64,000 bases of DNA from Eledone cirrhosa (lineage: Eukaryota). Every line of letters starts with the position of its first letter. The stretch's first letter is position 1. The stretch covers positions 35,960,001 to 36,024,000 of the forward strand of contig OZ024740.1 in the NCBI GenBank assembly GCA_964016885.1, in the 5' to 3' direction. Shown here in pieces: positions 1 through 13,090 of the stretch. The notes under the pieces are model-generated. The model made no database searches, was not told where the DNA came from, and saw only the letters and a list, made by a program, of their open reading frames with translations. A program made the position numbers and the translations under genes.

Positions 1-1159
1 GGGATCTCTTCAATGCTTTTTTGGTCCGCTTGGATCAGGAGCTACATCCCAGATCCGGACCAGTTCTCCTGCTTTTCTTTTGCTATTGCTATTATCTTGG
101 TGTTGGCTTCGATGCCGGCGAGGACGGCCGCTATTAGCCAGGGAATTTCGATGGCCGGTGGAACGTGGGTCACCCTGATCTTTACGATTCTCTGGCCACA
201 ATAGCTTGGGACGAGTGTGAAGTCGTCACTTCTTAATGGGGCCATGGAGTGTTCTCTAGCCTCCTCTGGTGTTTTAAAGAACGTCCACGGTTCCATACTT
301 CTGCCCACGTCTGATGTGGGGTTCTTTTTCCCACACATGTCCCAAAGCTTTTTGGATTTGGGACTCGGATGCCCGTTCCACTCGGCGCGATTTTATGTTA
401 ATTATCCGATAAGACACGGTGCATAGGCGACGTTGCTCCATTTTCTTAGGTGGGGTGGGGGTGGCTGACCCTCTACCCATCTTTCTTTACCATTCCTTTG
501 GCTTCTTCTAATTCCTCCTGAGTTATCTGGATCGCTTCGCACGTTTTTGCTACTCTGGGTGGTTTTTTTAATTTCATTGTTGCTATTGTTGTTATCGTTA
601 TTTTTGCTATTGTTAATTTTAGTTTCAGTTGTGCTGGTGGTGGCGTCAGTGGTGTTCGGTGTGGAAGAGTTCATTTTGGTTGAATTCACGAGTTAATTTT
701 TTTCTTCTTTTGTTTCTGTTGTCGCTGTGGTGGTGGTGGGGTGGTGGTTGTCGCGGTGGTGGTGGTTGCGGCTTTAACACCTGCAGTCATTGGTAATGGC
801 GGGAAATGAACGTCTGTCTGAGACAAATTAAAAATATTGCTACTGCTTACATTTCCAGTGTTGGCAAACGTAGCAATGTTTACAATGGTGGTGTCGGTGT
901 GAGGTGTTAGATTGTGAGGTAGGAGTGACTCTGAGTCAGCCATGATTTTTCAAAGAAAAATTTTTTATTTGATAATTATAAAAAGTTTAAATTTTGGGCT
1001 CATAGCCCCAATATTTTTGAGTGTCCTTTTCAGAAATCAATGTATGTGCACTTATATACAGTTAACAATAAACATTTTACATAAATGGCAATTTTAAACA
1101 ACTGAAAATAACAAACCTTTGCGGAGCTCACGATGATACGATTTATAACGTAGGTCGCC

Positions 1160-1160
<1 letters not shown>
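1..1160 (-). mobile_element. Tx1/L1-clade LINE, 5' UTR + ORF1 N-terminal half (continues left of the window)
   Basis: Frameshifted ORF1 from ATG 943 (N/T-rich low complexity, then RGQKYGTVDVLFKTPEEAREH) homologous to ORF1 of 43344-49190; 5' end abuts (AAT)n. Confidence 0.8.

Positions 1161-1231
<71 letters not shown>
1161..1231. repeat. (AAT)n microsatellite
   Basis: about 23 perfect units between the Tx1 5' end and a SINE tail. Confidence 0.95.
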
Positions 1232-1378
1232 TGTTTCTACTTTAGGCACAAGGCCAGCAATTATCCAGTACAGTACTGGTACTTTATTTTATCTACTCCG
1301 TAAGGATGAAAGGCAACGTTAACCTCGGCGGGATTTGAACTCAGACTTTAAAGGGAAGTAACTATGCTAGAAAGCTTT
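1229..1378 (-). mobile_element. tRNA-derived SINE family 1, 5'-truncated
   Basis: Reverse complement of the consensus ...GAGTTCAAATCCCGCCGAGGTTAACTTTGCCTTTCATCCTTACGGGGTCGATAAAATAAAGTACCAG...GCTGGCCTTGTGCC seen in more than 10 copies here. Confidence 0.8.
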
Positions 1379-1379
1379 A

Positions 1380-2083
1380 ATAATAAAGAGGAGACCTTTA
1401 AAAGGCTACAGAAGGAATGCTAATGGCTGCGCAAGAGCAGGCCCTCAAAACGAAGTGGCTGAAACACCATATTTACTAGGAGGAGGCTAGCCTACTGTGC
1501 AGGATCTGTGGAGAGAGAGAGGAGACTGTGGCTCACATTGTATCCGAGTGTAAACACGTAGCCCAGACTCACTATAAGGGCTGGAGACATCATGTGATGG
1601 GCAGGGTGATCCACTGGCACCTATGCAAAGTAAACAATTTACCACATTCTGAGAAGTGGTATGAGCATAAGCCAGAGTCGGTGATAGAAAACGATCAGGT
1701 GAAGGTGCTGTGGGATTTTAGGATACAGACGGACAAGAAACTGGAACACAATAGACCTGTCCTGGTGGTTTTGGACAAGGGAAAAAGATCGTGCCTGATT
1801 GTGGATGTAGCCTGCCCATTCGACACTGAGTGCAAGAGAAGGAGAGGGAGAAAATTAACCGATACCAGGACTTGAAGTGGAAGGTAAAAAGGATTTGGAA
1901 CTGCCATGAGGTCAAAGTGGTCCCGATTGGCGTAGGCGCACTAGGTACTATCTCAAAGAGTTTCCAAGGATGGTTAAAGAAAATTGGTCCCGCCTCGCTT
2001 TTTGGAACACTTCAAAAGGCATGCTTGTTGGGAGCAGAAAGAACCCTCCGATTAAGACATAACAAATCGTTTAATTTTTTTTT

Positions 2084-2126
<43 letters not shown>
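1380..2126 (+). mobile_element. R4/Dong-like RLE non-LTR retrotransposon, 3' fragment with (AAT)n tail
   Basis: CRICG..ETVAHIVSEC zinc knuckle, LWDFRIQTD..HNRP..DVACPFD restriction-like endonuclease, VVPIGVGALG; (AAT)n at 2086-2126. Confidence 0.85.
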
Positions 2127-2130
<4 letters not shown>

Positions 2131-2399
2131 GACGATTTGTTATGTCTTAATTACATTTATTGAGTAGTGACGGGCGTTTCGCTATTGATCAGCTCAAGAT
2201 TCGATCTGTATCGAACTAGCCCAAATCTGGAATCAAAAGTTCGTCGGACCTCTACTGTGGTATGTCATTTACTCTCTACTAAAATGATCCAAACAGCAGA
2301 TTCTGACAACCGAAACCCAGCTCCTGGCCTTTATGCAGCGGTGATGTCTGTAAAGGCCAAAGTAAAGATATAAAGCTGAATCACTGACGTCTTAAAACA

Positions 2400-3350
2400 A
2401 ATTGTTTCTTGTAGACAGAACTTGTCAGCCTTGTGTGGCAATCGGTCTAGAAGGGTCACTCGGATTTCAAAACCGGCGTTGATGTAAGTCCTTAGTCATA
2501 ATTATGACAATCTATCTGTGTGTGGGTACTCAGAAATCTCCCTGGATGGCGTCAGGGAACGCAGTATGTCCGCTGAGAATGAAGAATCCCGAGCTGTCGT
2601 AATGGCATTCTTCTAAGAGAGGAAAATTTTTCAAGTGAAACGTGCAGTTTATTTGATTACTGGTCATTTTGCTTAGGTTTTTCATTTCTAGATCTTATAT
2701 CATAACTGAGATAGATATTGGCCTTTCAACCACCAAAGCATGAATCGATGGCATAAATCCTGACTTCCATAAGAACCTTGGTTCAAACGCTCGAGATTGT
2801 CTAGCTTCTATCTTCATAGTCATCCACTCAATTGGAATTATCCTGAAAATGTGGAGAGAAGCCAAGGTATTCACCATCCTGAAACCAAGGAACCTGCAGA
2901 CAATCCTACAAGCTATCGGCCAATATCTCTCCTCTGTATCTCTTACAAGCTATTTGAACGGCCCCTTTTGGTTAGGCTTATTATCCTTTAGTAGAACCAG
3001 CCCTGCCTAAGGAGTAAGCTGGCTTCAGACCACAAAGAAGTTGCAGTTATCAAGTCTTCGCCCTAACTACCTTCATCGAGACTGGCTATCAACGAAGTCT
3101 CAAAATAGGGGCTGCTCTGGTCGACGATACCGTATGGAGACGCGGCCTCCTTCTGAAGGTATGTCGTACCATCAAATGCCAGGCAACTATGAACGTGCCT
3201 CTATACTCTGTAACAGAAGATGCAGAGTGTCACTAGGAGGTCAAACAAGTTCAACAAGAACCCTGAATGATGGCCTTCCCCAAGGTTCCGTCCTGGGACC
3301 AATGCTCTTTAACATATATGTGAGTGATACGCCAGGACAACTTCGAAGAA
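2400..3350 (+). mobile_element. Degenerate non-LTR LINE reverse-transcriptase fragment
   Basis: SYRPISLLCISYKLFER and GLPQGSVLGPMLFNIYVSD RT motifs, frameshifted. Confidence 0.75.
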
Positions 3351-3571
3351 ATATGTACAAATATCTCTTTTGTGATCTTCTCATCTATCATTCTATCGAC
3401 CCTGAAAGAATGAAAAACATAGTTGACCTCAGTGGAATTTGAAATTAGAGTCCAGTCGTTATAACGGTCCTAAAAATTCGTCGCAAATTAGGTTAAATTG
3501 ACTAATTTACTCTACAAAATTCTAGGCCCTATTTCTAAATCATTTAATTCTTTTTAATGTTGTAATTTCAG

Positions 3572-3672
3572 ATATCATCAGAAGCATTCCAATGTATCAA
3601 AACTGTATTGGTACTGTCTCTTGAGAATAAACTCTATGAACGCTATGTGACCGAACTTTCCTCCATCTCCGC
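3572..3672 (+). CDS. ABCB1: ABCB1/P-glycoprotein-like transporter, coding exon (ICL4 coupling-helix region); upstream exons lie outside the window
   Basis: tttcAG acceptor, GTAAG donor, 101 bp. Translates ISSEAFQCIKTVLVLSLENKLYERYVTELSSIS, aligning to P-gp IATEAIENFRTVVSLTQEQKF; phase 2 joins the next exon. Symbol is family-level; orthology not established. Confidence 0.85.
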
Positions 3673-3779
3673 GTAAGACAGATAAAGGCATATTTTTGTT
3701 TTGTACAAGTTTATTGTTCTAATCAGCAAACTGAATAGGATTCTATAGGAATTAAAGGGGTGGTTAGTTATTAATATTT

Positions 3780-4170
3780 CCTCTATGGAGCAGAAGCGTG
3801 GCCCCTCGCAAAGGCCCTGGCAAAGAGGATCGAAGGCTTCGATAGCACAGCTCTGTGGACCATTGAGAACATCAGATGGTACGATCACGTCATGCATCAA
3901 CCTCCCTCCTCATAGCCATCTGTCGCCTCCGCTGGTACGGACGTGGCCTTTGACTCTCCCAACATCCTCCTATCAGAGCTTTACTCTCGTTCGATCCAGC
4001 AGCGGCGGTTGGAAGAGATCCCGCACCAGATGGCTGGACGGGATTAAGGAAGATCTCCAGAGGCTCGACGTCTACATGGAGGATGCAGAGAGGCTAACAC
4101 AAGACAGCCATCGATGGAGGTCCTTGGCGGAGGTCCCGATGGCGCCTCTGGGAACACTGACTATGATGAC
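3780..4170 (+). mobile_element. RTE-clade LINE 3' fragment
   Basis: GWKRSRTRWLDGIKEDLQRL...AERLTQDSHRWRSL, a typical RTE C-terminus. Confidence 0.65.
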
Positions 4171-4342
4171 CCAAAACCCATCGATCAAGAACAATAGATG
4201 GATAGATAATAAACACTTGAGTTATTGTAGTTAATACCTGAGTATCAGGAGAGCAACGGTTGATCCGTGTGTCGATTAAAATATCTAATTTGTACAGAAT
4301 ATTTCAGCACAAATTCTTGAATGTCACTTGTCACATGACAAC

Positions 4343-4527
4343 TGTGATTGAGTTACAGAAGTGTGACGTGATGTTACAATCGTGTGATGTGATGTGGCAC
4401 CTATCATTGAGCCATAGTAATATGACGTGATGTCACAACCGTGTAATGTGATGCGACACCTGTGATTGAATCACTGTAGTGTGACGTTATGTCACAATCG
4501 TATGATGTGATCTGACACCTGTGATGA
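4343..4527. repeat. Degenerate ~59-bp tandem repeat, ~3 copies
   Basis: recurring TGACGTGATGTCACAATCGTGTGATGTGAT..GACACCTGTGATTGA. Confidence 0.7.
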
Positions 4528-4650
4528 TTCCTTTTAATAACAAAAAATACACAGAAATGTTTCTTTACTATAGCAGTAGGCCTTCGATATGATGACTTTA
4601 TATTCCAGTTTCAATTCCAAGTTGAATAGATTTGTTTCACCTTCAACTGT

Positions 4651-7600
4651 GGACAGGAAGTCAATATTTTAGTTTGTACCAGCTATTGTAAACAGGTGTC
4701 CAGTGGGATTAGTTTCGTCTGGGCAGGAAGTCAATATTTTAGTGGTATACCAGCTATTGTAAACATATGTCCAGTGGGATTAGTTTCGTCTGGGCAGGAA
4801 GTCAATATTTTAGTGGTGTACCAGCTATTGTAAACATATGTTCAGTGGGATTAGTTTGGCCTGGACAGGAAGTCAATAATTTGGTGGTGTACCACCTATT
4901 GTAAACAGACGTTCAGTCGGATTAGTTTGGCCTGGACAGGAAGTGAATATTTTAGTGGTGTACCAGCTATTGTAAACAGATGTCCAGTGGGATTAGTTTC
5001 GTCTGGGCAGGAAGTCAATATTTTAGTAGTGTACCAGCTATTGTAAACAGATGTCCAGTGGGATTCGTTTCGTCTGGACAGGAAGTCAATATTTTAGTGG
5101 TGTACCAGCTATTGTAATCAGACGTTCAGTGGGATTAGTTTGGTCTCGGCAGGAAGTCAATATGTTAGTAGAGTACCAGCTACTGTAAACCCACGTTCAG
5201 TGCGATTAGTTTGGTCTGGACAGGAAGTCAATATTTTGGTGGTGTACCAGCTATTGTAAACAGACGTTCAGTGGGATTAGTTTCGTCTGGGCAGGAAGTC
5301 AATATTTTAGTGGTGTACCAGCTATTGTAAACACACGTTAAGTGGGATTAGTTTGGTCTGGACAGGAAGTCAATATTTTGGTGGTGTATCAGCTATTGTA
5401 AACAGACGTTCAGTGGGATTAGTTTCGTCTGGACAGGAAGTGAATATTTTAGTGGTGTACCAGCTATTTTAAACAGATGTTCAGTGGGATTAGTTTGGTC
5501 TGGGCAGGAAGTCAATATTTTAGTCGTGTACCAGCTATTGTAAACAGACGTTCAGTGGGATTAGTTTGGTCTGGACAGGAAGTGAATATTTTAGTGGCGT
5601 ACCAGCTTTTGTAAACACACGTTAATTGGGATTAGTTTGGTCTGGACAGGAAGTCAATATTTTAGTGGTGTACCAGCTATTGTAAACAGATGTGATGTGA
5701 CATTAGTTTGGTCTGGACAGGAAGTCAATGAATTAGTGGTGTACCAGCTATTGTAAACAGACGTTCAGTGGGATTAGTTTGGTCTGGACAGGAAGTGAAT
5801 ATTTTAGTGGTGTACCAGCTATTGTAAACAGATGTCCAGTGGGATTAATTTCGTCTGGGCAGGAAGTCAATATTTTAGTGGTGTACCAGCTATTGTAAAC
5901 AGATGCCCAGTAAAATTAGTTTCGTCTGGGCTGGAAGTGAATATTTTAGTGGTGTACCAGCTATTGTAAACACACGTTAAGTGGGATTAGTTTGGTCTGG
6001 ACAGGAAGTCAATATTTTAGTGGTGTACCAGCTATTGTAAACAGACGTTCAGTGAGATTATTTTGGTCTGGACAGGGAGTAAATATTTTAGTGGCGTACC
6101 AGCTTTTGTAAACACACGTTAAGTGGGATTAGTTTAGTCTAAACAGGAAGTCAATATTTTAGTGGTGTACCAGCTATTGTAAACCGATGTCCAGTGGGAT
6201 TAGTTTCGTCTGGACAGGAAGTCAATATTTTAGTGGTGTACCAGCTATTGTAAACAGATGTCCAGTGGTATTAGTTTCGTCTGGACAGGAAGTGAATATA
6301 TTAGTGGTGTATCAGCTATTGTAAACGGATGACCAATGGGATTAGTTTCGTCTGGGCAGGAAGTCAATATTTTAGTGATGTACCAGATATTGTAAACCGA
6401 TGTCCAGTGGGATTAGTTTCGTCTGGACAGGAAGTCAATATTTTAGTGGTGTACCAGCTATTGTAAACAGATGTCCAGTGGTATTAGTTTCGTCTGGACA
6501 GGAAGTGAATATTTTAGTGGTGTATCAGCTATTGTAAACGGATGACCAATGGGATTAGTTTCGTCAGGGCAGGAAGTCAATATTTTAGTGGGGTACCTGC
6601 TATTGTAAACAGACGTTCCGTGGGATTAGTTTCGTCTGGGCAAGAAGTCAATATTTTAGTGGTGTACCAGCTATTGTAAACAGTTGTCCAGTGGGATTAG
6701 TTTGGTCTGGACAAGAAGTGAATATTTTAGTGGTGTACCAGCTATTGTAAACATACATTCAGTGGGTTAGTTTTGTCTGGAGAGGAAGTCAATATTTTAG
6801 TGGTGTACCAGCTATTGCAAACAGATGTCCAGTGGCATTAGTTTGGTCTGGGCAGGAAGTGAATATTTCAGTGGTGTACCAGCTATTGTAAACACACGTT
6901 AAGTGGAATTAGTTTGGTCTGGACAGGAAGTCAATATTTTAGTGGTGTACCAGCTATTGTAAACAGACGTTCAGTGGTATTAGTTTTGTCTGGACAGGAA
7001 GTGAATATTTTAGTGGTGTAGCAACTATTGTAAACAGATGTCCAGTGGGATTAGTTTCGTCTGGAAAGGAAATCAATATTTTAGTGGTGTACCAGCTATT
7101 TTAAACAGATGTGCAGTGGGATTAGTTTGGTCTGTCAGGAAGTCAATATTTTAGTCGTGTACCAGCTATTGTAAACAGACGTTCAGTGGGATTAGTTTGG
7201 TCTGGACAGGAAGTGAATATTTTAGTGGCGTACCAGCTTTTGTAAACATACGTTAATTGGGATTAGTTTGGTCTGGACAGGAAGTGAATATTTTAGTGGT
7301 GTACCAGCTATTGTAAACAGATGTCCAGTTAAATTAGTTTCGTCTGGGCTCGAAGTGAATATTTTAGTGGTGTACCAGCTATTGTAAACACACGTTAAGT
7401 GGTATTAGTTTGGTCTGGACAGGAAGTCAATATTTTAGTGGTGTACCAGCTATTGTAAACAGACGTTCAGTGAGATTATTTTGGTCTGGACAGGGAGTGA
7501 ATATTTTAGTGGCGTACCAGCTTTTGTAAACACACGTTAAGTGGGATTAGTTTAGTCTGGAGAGGAAGTCAATATTTTAGTGGTGTACCAGATATTGTAA

Positions 7601-10600
7601 ACCGATGTCCAGTGGGATTAGTTTCGTCTGGACAGGAAGTGAATATTTTAGTGGTGTATCAGCTATTGTAAACGGATGACCAATGGGATTAGTTTCGTCT
7701 GGGCATAGAAGTCAATATTTTAGTGGCGTACCAGCTATTGTAAACAGGTGTCCAGTGGTATTAGTTTGGTCTGGACAAGAAGTGAATATTTTAGTCGTGT
7801 ACCAGCTATTGTAAACATACGTTCAGTGGGTTAGTTTTGTCTGGAGAGGAAGTCAATATTTTAGTGGTGTACCAGCTATGGCAAACAGATGTCCAGTGGC
7901 ATTAGTTTGGTCTGGGCAGGAAGTGAATATTTCAGTGGTGTACCAGCTATTGTAAACACACGTTAAGTGGAATTAGTTTGGTCTGGACAGGAAGTCAATA
8001 TTTTAGTGGTGTACCAGCTATTGTAAACAGACGTTCAGTGGTATTAGTTTCGTCTGGACAGGAAGTGAATATTTTAGTGGTGTAGCAACTATTGTAAACA
8101 GATGTCCAGTGGGATTAGTTTCGTCTGGAAAGGAAATCAATATTTTAGTGGTGTACCAGCAATTGTAAACAGACGTTCAGTGGTATTAGTTTCGTCTGGA
8201 CAGGAAGTGAATATTTTAGTGGTGTAGCAACTATTGTAAACAGATGTCCAGTGGGATTAGTTTCGTCTGGAAAGGAAATCAATATTTTAGTGGTGTACCA
8301 GCTATTTTAAACAGATGTTCAGTGGGATTAGTTTGGTCTGGGCAGGAAGTCAATATTTTAGTCGTGTACCAGCTATTGTAAACACATGTCCAGTGGGATT
8401 AGTTTCGTCTGGACAGGAAGTCAATATTTTAGTGGTGTACCAGCTATTGTAAACACACGTTAAGTGGGATTAGTTTGGTCTGGACAGGAAGTCAATATTT
8501 TGGTGGTGTATCAGCTATTGTAAACAGACGTTCAGTGGGATTAGTCTCGTCTGGACAGGAAGTGAATATTTTAGTGGTGTACCAGCTATTTTAAACAGAT
8601 GTTCAGTGGGATTAGTTTGGTCTGGGCAGGAAGTCAATATTTTAGTCGTGTACCAGCTATTGTAAACAGACGTTCAGTGGGATTAGTTTGGTCTGGATAG
8701 GAAGTGAATATTTTAGTGGCGTACCAGCTCTTGTAAACACACGTTAATTGGGATTAGTTTGGTCTGGACAGGAAGTCAATATTTTAGTGGTGTACCAGCT
8801 ATTGCAAACAGATGTCGAATGGCATTAGTTTGGTCTGGGCAGGAAGTGAATATTTCAGTGGTGTACCAGCTATTGTAAACACACGTTAAGTGGAATTAGT
8901 TTGGTCTGGACAGGAAGTCAATATTTTAGTGGTGTACCAGCTATTGTAAACAGACGTTCAGTGGCATTAGTTTGGTCTGGGCAGGAAGTCAATATTTTAG
9001 TCGTGTACCAGCTATTGTAAACAGACGTTCAGTGTGATTAGTTTGGTCTGGACAGGAAGTGAATATTTTAGTGGCGTACCAGCTTTTGTAAACATACGTT
9101 AATTGGGATTAGTTTGGTCTGGACAGGAAGTCAATATTTTAGTGGTGTACCAGCTATTGTAAAAAGATGTTCAGTGGCATTAGTTTGGTCTGGACAGGAA
9201 GTCAATATATTAGTGGTGTACCAGCTATTGTAAACAGACGTTCATTGGGATTAGTTTGGTCTGGACAGGAAGTGAATATTTTAGTGGTGTACCAGCTATT
9301 TTAAATAGATGTCCAGTGGGATTAGTTTCGTCTGGACAGGAAGTCAATATTTTAGTGGTGTACCAGCTATTGTAATCAGACGTTCAGTGGGATTAGTTTG
9401 GTCTGGACAGGAAGTCAATATTTTATGGGTGTACCAGCTATTGTAAACAGATGCCCAGTAGAATTAGTTTCGTCTGGGCTGGAAGTCAATATTTTAGTGG
9501 TGTACCAGCTATTCTAAACACACGTTTAGTGGTATTAGTTTGGTCTGGACAGGAAGTCAATATTTTAGTGGTGTACCAGCTATCGTAAACAGACGTTCAG
9601 TGAGATTAGTTTGGTCTGGACAGGAAGTGAATATTTTAGTGGCGTACCAGCTTTTGTAAACACACGTTAAGTGGGATTAGTTTAGTCTGGACAGGAAGTC
9701 AATATTTTAGTGGTGTAGCAGCTATTGTAAACCGATGTCCAGTGGGATTAGTTTGGTCTGGATAGGAAGTCAATATTTTTAGTGGTGTACCAGCTATTGT
9801 AAACAGATGTCCAGTGGGATTAGTTTGGTCTGGACAGGAAGTCAATATTTTAGTGGTGTACCAGCTTTTGTAAACAGATGCCCAGTAGAATTAGTTTCGT
9901 CTGGGCTGGAAGTCAATATTTTAGTGGTGTACCAGCTATTGTAAACACACGTTCAGTTGGATTAGTTTGGTCTGGACAGGAAGTCAATATTTTAGTGGTG
10001 TACCAGCTACTGTAAACAGATGTCCAGTGGGATTAGTTTGGTCTGGGCAGGAAGTCAATATTTTAGTGGTGTACCAGCTATTGTAAACAGACGTTCAGTG
10101 GGATTAGTTTAGTTTGGACAGGAAGTGAATATTTTAGTGGTGTACCAGCTATTGTAAACTGACGTTCAGTGGTATTAGTTTGGTCCTGGCAGGAAGTGAA
10201 TATTTTAGTGGTGTACCAGCTATTGAAAACATATGTTCAGTGGGGTTAATTTTGTCTGGACAGGAAGTCAATATTTTAGTGGAGTACCAGCAACTGTAAA
10301 CACACGTTCAGTGGAATTAGTTTCGCCTGGGCAGGAAGTCAACATTTTAGTGGAGTACCAGGTATTGTAAACAGATGTCCAATGGGATTAGTTTCGTCTG
10401 GGCAGGAAGTCAATATTTTAGTAGTGTACCAGCTGTTGTAAACAGATATCCAGTGACATTAGTTTGGTCTGGACAGGAAGTCAATATTTTATGGAGTACC
10501 AGCAACTGTAAACACACGTTCAGTTGGATTAGTTTGGTCTGGAGAGGAAGTCAATATTTTAGTGGTGTACCAGCTACTGTAAACAGATGTCCAGTGGGAT

Positions 10601-11073
10601 TAGTTTCGTCTGGGCAGGAAGTCAATATTTTAGTGGTTTACCAGCTACTGTAAACAGAGGTCCAGTGGGATTAGTTTGGTCTGGACAAGAAGTCAATATT
10701 TTAGTGGTGTACCATCTACTGTAAACAGACCTCCAGTGGGATTAGTTTGGTCTGGGCAGGAAGTGAATATTTTAGTAGTGTACCAGCTATTGTAAACAGA
10801 TGTCCAGTGGGATTAGTTTGGTCTGAACAGGAAGTGAATATTTTAGTGGTGTACCAGCTATTGTAAACAGATATCCAGTGGGATTAGTTTGGTCTGGACA
10901 GGAAGTGAATATTTTAGTGGTGTACCAGCTATTGTAAACAGATGTCCAGTGGGATTAGTTTGGTCTGGACAGGAAGTGAATATTTTAGTGGTGTACCAGC
11001 TATTGTAAACAGATGTCCAGTGGGATTAGTTTGGTCTGGGCAGGAAGTCAATATTTTAGTGTTGTACCAGCTA
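4651..11073. repeat. Intronic satellite, 71-bp unit, ~90 copies
   Basis: consensus GGACAGGAAGTCAATATTTTAGTGGTGTACCAGCTATTGTAAACAGATGTCCAGTGGGATTAGTTTGGTCT; period 71 measured at 4721/4792/4863. Confidence 0.97.
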
Positions 11074-11164
11074 CCCCCAGAAAGCTAATCAAAATATTCC
11101 AATATATTTTCATACAGAAATGTCTAATATTATAAAGTTTACATGTTTTTTTTTGTATTATCAG

Positions 11165-11305
11165 TGTAGCTCAGACAACTGCACAGAAAACGGGAATTGC
11201 CTTTGCCTTCACTCAATCTATGGTATATTTGTATTATGCTACTATATTTTATGTTGGAGGTGTATTTATCACAAACTGTGACATGGTCTACGTTGATGTA
11301 GTAAA
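11165..11305 (+). CDS. ABCB1: ABCB1-like exon (TM11)
   Basis: polypyrimidine+tcAG acceptor, GTAAGT donor, 141 bp; (A)VAQTTAQKTGIAFAFTQSMVYLYYATIFYVGGVFITNCDMVYVDVV(K) matches P-gp GITFSFTQAMMYFSYA. Confidence 0.9.
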
Positions 11306-11365
11306 GTAAGTGGTTTTCATTTTATTATCTGTAATGAATTTGGGTGTAAATAGATTATATAGTGA

Positions 11366-11480
11366 AGGCGCGTGGCTGAGTGGTAATAGAATTGGATTCA
11401 CAATCGTGAGTTTATAAGTTCGATTCCTGGACTGGGTGATGCATTATGTCCTTGACCAAGACACGTTGCTCCTTCTACTT
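11366..11480 (+). mobile_element. tRNA-derived CORE-like SINE (family 2)
   Basis: A box TGGCTGAGTGG, B box GTTCGATTCC, CORE-like TGTCCTTGACCAAGACAC; related copy at 23044-23180. Confidence 0.65.
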
Positions 11481-11599
11481 GGAGTCGCAACCGATAGATA
11501 GTATTAGCAATTGGAATGACCAATGGAAACCTTGTTTCCTCGGTCCTATTTGACGAAAGTCGATCGACTATATATAGATTATATTTAGAATGAAGCAAT

Positions 11600-11812
11600 C
11601 AGGGCGGTGGATTGGCAGTATAGGTAGAGCATCAAACAACATAATTTGCGACATATACTTACGTCCCTTTACGTTCTGAGTTCAAACCACTCAGGTTATT
11701 TTTGCCTTTCATCCTTACGGGGGTCGATTAAATAAAGTACCAGTAACCCCCTGTAGTTGATTTAATCGACATCCACTTTCCTTTCAAATTGCTGGCCTTG
11801 TGTCAAAAACAA
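11600..11812 (+). mobile_element. SINE family 1, full length
   Basis: GGGCGGTGGATTGGCAGTAT..GAGTTCAAA..GCCTTTCATCCTTACGGGGGTCGAT; the central domain resembles Meta/Sauria-type SINE cores (from memory). Confidence 0.8.
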
Positions 11813-11884
11813 AACAGTTATGAATTAAGCTATAAGCTTTCTGTAGTGTGGAGTTATCAACCGCACCATTTTAAGACCACTATA

Positions 11885-12100
11885 GGGCGGTGGATTGGTA
11901 GTATCGGTAGAGGGTCGGACGCCATGCTTTGCAGCATAGAGTTACGGCCCTTTATGATCTGAGTTCAAATCCTACCGAGGTTAACCTTGCCTTTCATCCT
12001 TAGGGGGTCGATGAAATAAAGTACCAGTAACGCACTGAGGTCGGTTTAATCGACTTACCCCTTCTCCCAAATTGCTAGCCCTGTGCCTATATAAGAAACC
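11885..12100 (+). mobile_element. SINE family 1, full length, with TSD
   Basis: same consensus; flanked by direct repeat ACCATTTTAAGACCACTAT (~11865 and ~12098). Confidence 0.85.
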
Positions 12101-12568
12101 ATTTTAAGACCACTATGAAAATTACATAATTAAGGAAAGTTTACGTTAAATTCCAGTAGAAATTCGAATACTTAAAGATAAAAAATATGGACGGGAGGAA
12201 ATCTTCCAGAAAATTATCTATCTGCCTGCCTGCTTGTCCATCCATCCATCCATCTACAATTGACAATTCCAATTCAATTTACTAGACTATCACTTTTTCT
12301 CTCCTTTGCATTTCCTGACGTGTCTATAATTACCTAATTTATCAACGTCCAGTTAATCTACATGCACCAAATAAGGTTGAACAGTCTAGTTGCTAAGAAT
12401 AATCATCCGTCTCTACATAAATCATGCAAACATACACTTTCAATTTGTAAGATAACAGTATGTATATATGTATTCGTAACTCCTGATTGAGTTGTGAGGG
12501 CGCCGTAGGGACATTTAAACCGGTGGAGCCCATTCTTCTCCAAGTCTGAACACAGCCGATTTCTTCCA

Positions 12569-12600
12569 GAGAGAGAAAGAGAGAGAGAGAGAGAGAAAGA

Positions 12601-12675
<75 letters not shown>
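12569..12675. repeat. (GA)n microsatellite
   Basis: about 50 units. Confidence 0.95.
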
Positions 12676-12677
<2 letters not shown>

Positions 12678-12723
12678 TGTGTGTATGTGTATCTGCGTGT
12701 AAGAGAAACAAGAGATATAGAAG

Positions 12724-12865
12724 AAGAATCGACACCAGTACTTTTTTTTAGCCAACCTCGAAAGGATGAAAGGCAAATTATACTCAAACTCAGAGCACAA
12801 AGAGCCGAAACAAATACTGCAAAGTATTCTGTCCGCCATTGTAATGCCTCTGCCAATTCTCCACC
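12724..12865 (-). mobile_element. SINE family 1, diverged
   Basis: AAAGGATGAAAGGCAAA..AACTCAGA..CTGCCAATTCTCCACC. Confidence 0.65.
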
Positions 12866-13090
12866 TAATATAACAATAACCGGTAATATACCTTATATAG
12901 AAATTTTTTTACTTTCTCTTGGGGATTTCGCTAATGTTTGACCCTGATAAGCAAGAAATGAAATTTTGGTATGTGTTTTCTGATTGAAAATTGCTTCACT
13001 GATTAATACCTTATTGATCTCTCGCCTTAATTATCTATTCATTAAATAATTACCTAATAATTATATAATTACCTATTCATGAATTTTCAG

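Noticed and set aside
10375-10653. 92-aa ORF in the satellite
   Set aside because: Chance open frame; a 71-bp unit is not a multiple of 3 and most units contain stops.
4651-11073. CRISPR-like appearance (conserved block plus variable block)
   Set aside because: Variable parts are point variants of one sequence, not unique spacers; no cas genes; eukaryotic intron.
11366-12100. tRNA genes suggested by A/B boxes
   Set aside because: No cloverleaf; the heads continue into SINE bodies with tails and TSDs.
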